Source: Raillietiella orientalis
Taxonomy: Eukaryota
Assembly (NCBI GenBank): GCA_036172245.1
Contig: JAYWIR010000036.1
Coordinates: 124,001 to 188,000, forward strand
Direction of reading: 5' to 3'
Length of the DNA: 64,000 nt
Made by a program: the position numbers and the translations under genes. Below, in pieces: positions 47,345 to 57,517 of the stretch. The notes under the pieces were generated by a model, which was given only the letters and a program-made list of their open reading frames with translations, searched no databases and had not been told where the DNA came from. Position 1 is the stretch's first letter; the number at the start of each line of letters is the position of its first letter.

Positions 47345-48079
47345 TTTGTGCTGAACATCCCTGCGTGCCTGGCGCGTCCGGGCCTGCCGATTCCTTCCCT
47401 CCCCCTCCTTTCCCGTCCCTTTCCGAAGATCCTCGGTGGTGTCTTCTTCCTCCTCCTCTTTCCTCTCTCGACGGCTCGAGGGTCTCCTTGGAGACTCCAA
47501 GATCCTCTCTACACATTTGCGCGTATGTGTGTGCCTCAAGGTGCACATGCACGCACGCACACGCACACGTAGGTGTTTTGGACGCGCTGGCCAGCCGTCT
47601 CGCTGGGAAGGCGACTTTCGTTGCCGTGGGGCGACTTTGTGTGCGCGAACCTGAGCATCCAGAGTGGGGGGGGTCTCCTGGCAGCCCTCCTGCGAGCGGT
47701 TCACGCGCTCACCCCTCCCGGGCGCCTTGCTCTCTAGACACGAACGAACACCGAGAGGGGACGAGCGGATGCAGGTCGAGCACAAGCCGTTGTCCGCTAG
47801 GCGGTGACCCTCATCTCGCGAGCGGGTGGTCGGTCGCGCAGGAAGAAGTCATCCGCTCCATCCCAGAAGGACTGAGGCAGCTGCAACACACTCAGGATCG
47901 CCAGAGAGGGTCTTGGAGGCGCCCTTAGTCGTCAAGGAGACCATCGAGCCGTCGAGAGAGGAAAGAGGAGGAGGAAGAAGACACCGCCGGGGATCTTTGG
48001 GAAGGGACGGGAAAGGAGGGGGAGGGAAGGAATCGGCAGACTCTGACGCGCCAAGCACGTCGGGATGCTCGGCACGAAA
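47345..48079. repeat. Long inverted repeat (arms 47345-47510 and 47903-48079, spacer about 390 nt)
   Basis: Blocks such as ctgccgattccttccctccccctcctttcccgtccctt and ggtgtcttcttcctcctcctctttcctctctcgacggctcga recur as reverse complement in the right arm. Confidence 0.92.
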
Positions 48080-48833
48080 CAGTCGACAGCCTGCTGCTGC
48101 TGCACGCAAGTCATGGTGGCGGGATGCAGGGCGGCTGGATACACGCGACGGCAGAGGCGCGTCTCGCCGCAGCCGCCCGTCTCTCCGCGGAGGGAGGGGG
48201 AGGGGAAGAGACCGCCGACCGGAGCCCGCAGGGACGGCGAACTTCCTCGACGGACTTCGTGATTTCACTGCCGAGAGAAAGATCCATGGGGTGCTCGGCG
48301 GCCGAACGACCCACTCGGGAAGGGAACGCCGCAACAGCAGCCGGGACGAGGGACGCGAACGAACGAACCAACCCGAAGCGACTCTCTGCCGGGGTTGCCT
48401 AGGAACGGTGCGTCGCAGGGAGCTAGAGAGAGCTCCGCGCCTTGGAAAGCGTCGTCGACCCACCACGGCCTTCGCCGCGCCAACACCTTCACGGAAGAAA
48501 AAGAAAAAAAGAAGCCGTCAACAACGCAAGCGCCCTGCGAAGGGCAAATCAACAGGGAGGGCAGCGAGGGATGCGCGGGCAACCCGCTCGTTAGAGCACC
48601 ACGGGCAGCACGGGACGCGCAGGACTCCGCCCACTAATCGGAGCTGCTCGGATCCGGGGGGGAAATGAAATATGAAAAACACACACACACATACAATTTG
48701 ATGACCCCGAATGCGCTGCCGCGCAACACGAGGGGTGTCGTCGCCGTCGCCTCGTTCGTTATCCGTCCTCATCCACAGAGCCGCTGTCCGTTACGCGACG
48801 CCTGGGTGGTAAAAACCGAATTCTGAACCACTC

Positions 48834-48836
<3 letters not shown>

Positions 48837-48863
<27 letters not shown>
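48837..48863. repeat. (AG)n microsatellite
   Basis: Read directly. Confidence 0.9.
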
Positions 48864-48869
<6 letters not shown>

Positions 48870-50199
48870 GCGGTGTGAGTGGACTTGCGAGGCAAACGCG
48901 AGAGGAATGCCGCATGCACGAGCCCTGGCAACGAGGTTCTTGCAAACGGCGAGCCGAAAGCGAAAGTGAGCGCAACTCGCTGGCAAAATACAGAAAGAGA
49001 AAAAAAGGGAGGAAAGAAAGGAAAAAAAAGGGGGGGGGGAAGAGGCTCATTACGCGCCTCTGATCGGATGAAAGTGAATTCGCCCGTTTCCGAGTGAACG
49101 GTTACCAAACGAGTTGCATCCCGACTTCTTAAGCAGGGAGCGGTTTGGTTATGCGCTCGCGGTCGAAGCAGCTTACAGCGATTACCTCGATCCAAAGTGC
49201 TGCTTCAAAATTTCGAGCGCGCCTCTTTCCAGCCACTCCGCCACTCGACGGCGAGCTGACCGCGGCGGCCATCTACGCGCCATCCCGCTGGCACTGAAGG
49301 ACGCTTCCATGAGGAACGTTTCAACCCGGTTCAGCGCTTCATTTGAGCTTGCGGTGTCACCAGAGGTCCCACCAGCGGATCCGCTCGACTCTCGCGGGGG
49401 GGGGGGGAGACACCACCGGACCCACGCAGGGCTTCGGACGCTGTCCTCTCCGCCTTTGCCTTTTCGTTCGCCACATTAAGAGAGCGCGAATTCCAAGGAA
49501 CGAAACGTTTCCAGAGACGAGAGTCCGCTCAGGGCGATTTTCCCGTGCGGAAAACACTCTGGAAACGGGAAGGGAGCGGGGTCCAGTTTCCGAAACACCC
49601 TTCGGGGTTGGAACAAAAGGAGAAAAAGAAAGTTGGCACGCCTGCTAGCCCGAGGTGGACGGAAAAGGAAAGCGAGGCGGTGAAATTCGCTCTGCCGGTC
49701 GGAGGTTCGTGACGCAACAATGTCAGAAAGGGGGGGGGGGCTGCGGAGCCAAGTCGGAAAGCGCAAAAAAATGGAGACAGCAGCAAACCGCTTCGCGGGG
49801 GAACCGCACTCCGCCCGCCCCTCCCCTCCCCCACCCGCGCGCTGCAGTGCTGCCAGGTGCAAAATCCAAGGATTACCGAAAACCGCGTTCGCGAAGCTTC
49901 GAAAAGTCCCGGTGAGCGTTTTTGAAGGTGGCCGTGCACTGCGAGCAGCAAAACGGTGCAGAACGTGTAGAATCTTTCGAGGAAGGACTCTCTTTCCCTC
50001 TCTCCGCAGAGGGGAAAAAAAAGGGCGGGCAGGCAGGCAGGCAGACCGTTTCCAAAGGAACCAACTGCAATCCACTACACCCGATGAGCCGCAAGTACTG
50101 AATACAAAACGAACGGACAAAAAAGACGGGTGGAGGAGGGTCACTTACTCAAGAAAGAATGGAGGAGGTTGAGAACACGCTCCTGGGGGAAGCGTGTAG

Positions 50200-50620
50200 G
50201 CGAACGTGGCGTGGGAGGAGCAAAAGTCACGCCCCCCACCGGGAAAGTACTTTGCCGCCGTACAACTTTCAAAGGAACGCGGCCCTCTTCTCCTTCCCTT
50301 CCCTCTCTCTCTATCCGAAAGACGCGGGACGTTCGCTTTCCGCTTCCCGTTGAACCGGAGGACCCCCCAATACGGCGGCACAACAAGCAGAGGGGAACAC
50401 GCGTTGATCTCGTGCCTCCGTGGTCGACCGTAGGAAGAAGTGAACGCAGCTTCAGAGTGTTTGGAGAATGTGAGCGCGGCCCAGCCCCTACGAGTCCCAT
50501 CCTTCCATAAATGCCCGAAGAGCGAGGAAGGTCTCCCTGGCTGAGCAGAAAAAAGGGCTCAAACCTCCTCTCGCGCCTCCCCCTCCTTCCCTCTTTCCGA
50601 AAAGGCTTCACCGCCGTTGC
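50200..50620 (-). mobile_element. Possible LINE ORF1 zinc-knuckle relic
   Basis: PNTLKL...RVPLCLLCRRIG resembles the PLCL.C...GH knuckle lead-in. Confidence 0.3.
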
Positions 50621-52764
50621 TTCCTTCCGAGTCTGGCGCCTCGCCCGCTGACGTCACTGTTCCATGGGCGCATCCGCCGTCCGGACAGACACCTCCGGAT
50701 CCGCACGCCATCCTCCCCACGGAAGGACGGGAGGAGGAGGGACAAGCTCTGGTGGAGGGGCGGGAGCCCTCGCTGGAGACGTCACAGCCCGCCCTCACCC
50801 CCTTGGCGTCATAGCCCGTCACGCCAAGAGGGTGAGGCTGGGCTCTCTGCCTTCCTTGCGCGCCTGGAAAGGGTGTGGCCCCCTTCCCCGAGCTGCCTGC
50901 AGGCGCGCGCGGCGAAACGTCCGCCGCACCGTCACGTATCCCTAGTGACCGCTCGCGAGAAGCGGGCGTCCCGCGTCGGATCGGAAGCGAGCGAGCGACC
51001 GGACCTCGCCGGCAGGTTCACCCTCACTCGCGGACCCAGTCCACTCACCGGGGAGCCACGCCAGGAACAGGAGGGTCCTCCACCGCCGCCATTGGTCTCC
51101 GTCGCCCATCGCTCCTTCCACACAACGGGAACGCGCTGCGGCAGGACTCGTGCCGTCGCCCGGACGGACGCTCTCGCAGGGAGAGAGGGAGGAAACGTCC
51201 GACCGGGAACGGCGGCTGGCTGCACTCCTCGGAAAGGACGCGAAGAGCGGCCACGCGCTTGTCCTCGTCCTGCTCCTCGCCGAGCGGGGAACGGCAGTCC
51301 TTCCGCTGCAGCTGTCCCGCAGCGGATTCGCGCGCCGACTGGCACGCTCCGGCGGCGCCGCATCGCGGGAGTTGCTGCTCCACTCCCCCGTTCCTAGAGA
51401 GTCAGAAAGTGGCTGGTTTGGGTTTACGGTGCGCGCTGTTCAGGAGGATGCAACCAAGAGCAGCGAGCAAAAGGGGGAGAAGAACGCGTGCGTGCGCGCC
51501 TTCCACGACCCCCACCCCCCATTGAAAAGGGGCGGACAACTCGCGTCTCCTCGCGGAGATCTCTGCGCCACCGACTCGCGACGCGCCTGCGTCGCACCAG
51601 GCGCCACCGACGTCTTTCTCCTGACTTTGGCTGAAACGACCGGCGGCGGACTGACCTCGAAGAAAAATGTTACTGAGGCCGTCGAGAGCGCAGGTCAACC
51701 CGTGGGACTCTCCCCCCTCAATCCCTCCTTCCCCAATCAACGTTTGGGAAGCGCGCTCCCAGCATCTGCGCCTCCGTGGGAAAATCCAGGCGGATTCCGG
51801 GGACCACGCGTCGAAGAGAGCAAACACGCGGCGGCGGCGTGGCTGAAGGAAGCGAGGACGAGACGCACACAAGGCGGACGGCACGTGGTAGACGGGGAAA
51901 AGAGACGCGTCCGAGGCAACGGTGAAGGACAGAGGCGGAGCCAACGTCCCCCTGCCCCGAAGACAAAGCCCTCGCGGACAAGGAGCGATGGGAGGCGGCT
52001 TCCTCCCCGCCCTCCACGCCGAGGCATCGGCTTTCGGTGCCTCTCGGGTCTGCGCCCGCCCGCGACCTCACGCGCCCCCCATTGTCGCCGCGCCCTCTTC
52101 AGTCAGGCTCGCGACAGTGCGCCCGCGGGAACCTCCCTCCCGTTTTTTTTCGCTTTCTTTCTCCGGGACGTCTTGCCACGGCGCGACAATGCGCGAGCTC
52201 GCTCCTGGCATCCTCCGTTTCCTCATTCCCCCGGACGTTGGCAGCAGCAGCTGCTGCGAAACCGCAGAAAAGGGAGGGCAGAAATCGAGGGAGACCTCGA
52301 GCGGAGAAGGGTGGGGGGTTGGCGCCCCCCACCGAGCGGAGGAACAAAACTGGCGCGCGCGGCGGCTGCCGGGGAAAAGAAGAGGGGGAGCCCAGCAGTC
52401 CCGCAGGCGTAAACATGCGAGCGCGTGGCAGGACCGCGCCTCGTGCAAGCCCTGGAGTCCGGACGGATGCTCCGGCCCACCCTAAGGGCTGCAGCGGTGG
52501 CCGGCTGCAGACCGAGCCGAACCACAGCCACATCCTTCATGAGCGAGTAGCACGGATGGCGTTTTTGCCCAGACGGACGGTGTCCGCCGACTGGCATGCG
52601 CTTGCCGATCCGCTGACGTCACTGCTCCGAGTGCTGCCGCCGCTTGCCGGCCGACCCCTGTCCCGCACTCACCGTGCGCCGGCACCAACGAGCTGCAGCA
52701 GCAAATGTTGGTTAATACGAAACGCAGGAAGAGAAGGGGCGCATGCGAAAAACAAAAAACATAA

Positions 52765-52789
52765 ACACACACACACACACACACACACA
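52765..52789. repeat. (AC)n microsatellite
   Basis: Read directly. Confidence 0.9.
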
Positions 52790-53149
52790 TAGGTGCTGAT
52801 GTTAGAAAGAGGTGAGGTGAGGCGATGCCTTGTACGAGTCTTCGGCGGCAGAGTCCAGCTTTGCTTCCTTTAACAGATTTTTCGAGAGCAGCGATTGTGC
52901 GCTGCACAACGGCTACGAGTTCCATTTCGTTAAGGAGAGGCGGCCACCCGGGCGGGACCCGTGACTTTTGTCCGGACCCCCGCTCTTTGAGAATGGGCCG
53001 CATGCCACTCCAGCGCTGTCTAGGACGCGCTTTCCTCCCCGAAGCCTTCACGTTTCTTCCGTCAAGTGGGAGGGGGGACAGCTATCCTGCACGTCGCATG
53101 GCGCCGCCGGCGCCTCCGCAGGCTCTCGACAGACCAAAGTGACTGCGAA

Positions 53150-54750
53150 GCAAGAAAGAAGATAGAGGCACATCCATACTGCCGTCGGGAGTGGGTTGCC
53201 CCTGTTTCCTTCCGGCGCACCGGTCGACCCACGACCGCGACACCCTCGGCCTGCGTACCTGCAGACCTTGGCGGTCTCATCGACCCGGCGGAGGGTCGAT
53301 CGGAGCAGAGGAAGACGGAACGACTAGGCACCAAAGAGAATGGCGTCCTCGATTTCGAAGGCAACTTCCCCCACGACAACCATCATCGTCATCTTTCGCG
53401 GGAGCTCGGAAACGAAATTCTGCGGTTTCCAGATGCACCGAGGTTCACGGAGAAACGAGGTTTTCGCGTTAATGGGAAGAGGAGTCGAGTTGCGCGATTC
53501 CCCGTTAGATGGAAGCAGCGGCCTCCTCCCCCTCCCCTGCCCGAGTGGGAAAGGGAGTTTGCGAACTGTGCTATCACCTCGCGGCTCCTGGATATGTACG
53601 AAAACTGCCAAGGATGTCACCTTGCCTCTAAGAGAAAGGCACAGAGCAACCGAGGTCGATGCTGCGATCGGTGCTCCATCTGGAATGCTGCGATCGATAC
53701 CTCCGTTCGGGACGGAGCCGTCACCGATCGATGCAAGGGTGGAGGCTCGTCGAACGCCCAGGAAGGACAGAGGGGAGGGGGAGAGTTGCTGTCGTTTGAC
53801 TGGGCTCGTTCGGCGATCCTCGAGGGACCTCGAATCTCCTTCCAGATGCTCTCTGCCAACTTTGGGTCCTCCCAGCTACGCGCGTTTCGCAGCACAGTCG
53901 GCGGCGGCAACTGGGCCGTGCTTTCCCGGCTCTTCCCGCTGGCGTACGCTCGCTTCTTCGCGGACCGCGCTGGATAAAGTGGATCCCTCCGGCGACGGGG
54001 CCCTGCAGCTGCCTCGAGCGCGAGGGATTTCCGAGAAACCGTGAAGACACCGCGAACCTTCCGGACGCCGCCGAAACCATTCGCAGCGCGCAGGCCCGGG
54101 AAAGCGCGCGCGCGCGCGTTGGACACAGGCGCAGAGGGATCCGGTGCGGGCCGCCCACAATGGGGCGGCGGCGGTGTCAGATGGAAAGACTGGAGACCGC
54201 GGGCCGTTTTGCGCGCGCCGCCTCCCCTCGAAAGGGAGGCGCGACTGAGCTGGAGCCGGAAGGACGAGGAGGAAGAGGAAGAGCGCTCTCTCGCTTCCTG
54301 TGGCTCGAGGCAAGAGAGCCTCTGGGCAGCTGTTTACGAAGGGGGTGTGTCGGGTCAGCGCACGCGCATCCAGAGGTGAAAATGCTCTGTGCTCCGATAC
54401 TCCGTCGAAGGGGGGGGGGGGCATCGGCGCCGGTGCGGTGATAATTGCGAGTGGCTGAGAGCCGACTTGCGCGCCCGCCTCCATCCGCGGATGCCTGTTC
54501 TTTCGGATCTGTTCCTCCGGAGGAGGCAGGAAGGAGCACGATGCGTGGGTTGCCGGCAGTGAAGAGGCTCGTAAAGTGCATCGAACAAGAGACCACTCCT
54601 CCCCCCCCCTCATTTTTCTCCTTTTCTTTCCTTCTTATGCACCTTGAAATTTCATGGATCGACTCCCGTATGGCCAGGTCGGGATTTGCCTTCTCCTTGG
54701 AAACCAACAGCAACTTCGCGAGGGCCCCTCGGTAAGGAGTTCCGCAAACA
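53150..54750 (-). mobile_element. Decayed hAT (DUF659-type) transposase
   Basis: HFTSLFTAGNPR, IWKEI...AQSND, LCAFLLEAR and SWGKL...PSAGSMR in N-to-C order. Confidence 0.4.
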
Positions 54751-57109
54751 TGGAGGAAAGCTTCCCGGACTAATCCAAACGCAACAGCATGAGGGAGGAG
54801 AGGATGCGTTCCGATCGGATCTTCTTCCTATTCTATTCTTCTCCCTCTTTTTTTCCCTTTGATCTATGAGGAGCCGAGCGCGTGCGTTCCGCACTTGTGC
54901 AGCGCGGCGGCAGGCTGGAAGGCCACCCCGTGACCCAGGACGATTCGTTCCGGAGAAGATGGCAAGAAAGCCGCACGCCGCAACGGCGGAACACGAGCTC
55001 CCCTCGCCCTCCGCTGAGGCCGTGAGCGGCGTGCCGCGCCAGGGGCGGCGGCGGCGGCGGCGTACGTGTCGTATGAGGCGCCCCGAAGGGGAGAGAATAA
55101 CACCCGCCGCCTGGACCACTGCTAGCCCGCCTAAAAAGCGGGTTTCTCTGGAGCGCAGCCCCGCCTACAGCCGGCAAGAAGGGCAGTTCGCCCCACCCCC
55201 TCTCAACGACAACAAACCGAGTGACCTTTCGCTCCCCCCCCCTCCCTCTCGACCAGAAACAACAACAGAGCACTGCAAAAGCGGACTCCCCAATCGGCCT
55301 ACAAGATTCTTGCAGCAGCAGCAGCAGCACGTCGGCGCAGTCCGGGGCGGTGCGCCCGCTGAGGTGGAGCAATTGCGACTTCAGCAAGGAGCACGCGCGG
55401 AAGCGCGGTGCGGGGCAAACAGAGCGAAAACGCTTCGGCGCAGATCCTTTGGAGCGGCATTTCATCACCGGGGGAGGGCAGAGGTCAGGCAACGGCACCG
55501 AAGGCTCCATCCTTCCGAGCCCGCGCAGCTGCGCGAAGCGAAGCAACCAACCCCACCACCACCAGCGCGTCTGCTGGCACGCTGCGGCCGCCTCGTGCCT
55601 TCCGCCCGTTCGCGAGGCGAGCGGATGCGCGCGCGCGCGTAATGAGCGCATGCCGGAAACGCAGCCGTCCGCCTCGCGCTGCAGGCGCGCGCTGGCGAAA
55701 GAGGCCGCTGCGTCCCGTCGGTGTCGGCTTGGAAAGAGATGCCACGATCACGACCTCCGGGCTCTTCACCTTCCTTTCCGCCGCACTTGTAACGTTCTGA
55801 GTAAACAAAGCACATCCCTCTTAACATCGCTTCCATCATCGATCTACGCCGCCAAGGTCGAGGAACGGGGAAGACTTCCCCACACTTCCGAGACTTGCTC
55901 TCTTGCGCTTGTTCAACGTCCGCAGGCGCTCTCCGTGGATGCTGCTGCTTCGTCGACCGCCCGCAAAACTGTGGGTCGAGCAGCGAATTCGCGGGACCGG
56001 AGCTGGCGCCAGCACACACGTCCCACCTCTTGCGAGAAGCGGGGCTCCCACTTGGATGACGACTCGGCTTGGACGGGAACTCGTCACGTGACAGCGGCAC
56101 GCGCGCGCGCGCGCGCATGAGCGCAAGGTTGGCGGGGGGAGAGGAGCGAGAAACCGCATGGTGCCTGCGCGACGCACTTGGGCAGGCAGGGGCAACTCAC
56201 CCCTTCCTGTCGAATGCCCACAGAATGGGCAACTCGCAAAGTTCAGTGCACGCAGTCAAGTCCACCACCACCGCCGCCGCCACCACTCCGGCGCGCGCGA
56301 CGGAACGAGGTGGGGCAGTCGGTACCCCTCCCCGCTGTCCCACCGCAACCGAACCCTCGGCGGCTATTACTGGCCAACCACCTATGAGCTACTCGCGTGC
56401 GAGCTCTGTGTTCGGCGGTGCTCCAGCCGCAGGGCTGCAATCTCTTGCGGGCGCCTCGCAACCTGTACACTTCACTGGTCCTGATGCTGCTGCCGCTTTT
56501 GACGATCATCAAACCGTGAACTGGTCACGGACGCCTTTCCTGGAAGCCGCGAAGCCAGCAGCTCCCACTGCACCCACAACCGGATTCCGACACGCGTCTC
56601 ACAAACACACATGAGGCAGCAGCAAACGCTGTCCAGTGGACTGGCAAAGGTGCACCTTGGAAGATTTCACCACGAGCTGCAAATGCGTTAGAGATCGAAG
56701 GAGAAGAAGAAAAAAAAATTCTTTAATAAAAGGAGGGAGGGAGGGGTTCATAAGTCAGAAGAAACTTTCGTCACCTACGACAACATCTGTTTGCGACTAA
56801 TGAGATCAAATAGCACTTCCTAGATTTCCAGGTTTCCTAGGAAGCTGTCTTGAGAGTGAAAACACGGCTAAAGAATAAAAAGTGTCTGTCGATCGATGGA
56901 CACCAGTGGCTGGGACTGGCCGCCGCCGGTTATCGGCTCACGTTGGCGCAAGCTGCTCCAGCAAGCCATACAACGTGGGGGGGGGGGAGAGGAGGGAGGG
57001 GGCGATTGTGCGGCAGAACCCCACACGATCACGTGACATCCGTGCGGAGCTGCGCGCGAGGAGTATTGGGCTTATCCGAATGACTAGAATTCGACAGGCA
57101 GCACGGAGG

Positions 57110-57517
57110 TCACAGAGCGGTCAGGGACCGCAGGAGGTAACCGTCGCTGATCAGGGGGCGGCTGTCACTGTAGCTGCGCGAGGACTGGCGACTGATGTCG
57201 CTGCAGTCGGCCGGGGATCGGGAGTCGATTTCCTCGTATACGGGCTCTGTCCGGAACCACAGGTTCCCAGAGTGGAGGGGGCAGGTGAAGGAGGTCGGGG
57301 GGCATGTGTGGCGGGAGGGCAGGTGGACCGTGGCGGGGTAGAACACGGGCGGGACGTGGCACCTGTACGAGTCTTCCCGGCACGGCCTGCCGTGGGGGGC
57401 GCACGACCAGGGACCCAGGTCGGAGGGGGAGGTCACGTAGAAGCTCGACTGGGAATCCTTGCGCTGCTGGGAGTGGCAGGCGACGAACGAGATGCAGCTT
57501 CCCAGCCATTTGTAAAG
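57110..57517 (-). CDS. Cirl: Cirl-like terminal exon, cytoplasmic tail
   Basis: Frame fixed by the EPVYEEID and SDISRQSSRSYSDSRPLI motifs. The acceptor is ambiguous among tandem AGs between 57518 and 57526. Confidence 0.75.
   Translation of the reverse strand, partial: LYKWLGSCISFVACHSQQRKDSQSSFYVTSPSDLGPWSCAPHGRPCREDSYRCHVPPVFYPATVHLPSRHTCPPTSFTCPLHSGNLWFRTEPVYEEIDSRSPADCSDISRQSSRSYSDSRPLISDGYLLRSLTAL

Noticed and set aside
51150..53977. 420-aa and 303-aa plus-strand ORFs as novel genes
   Set aside because: No recognisable motifs; the second lies antisense to hAT-like remnants; long ORFs are expected at this GC content.
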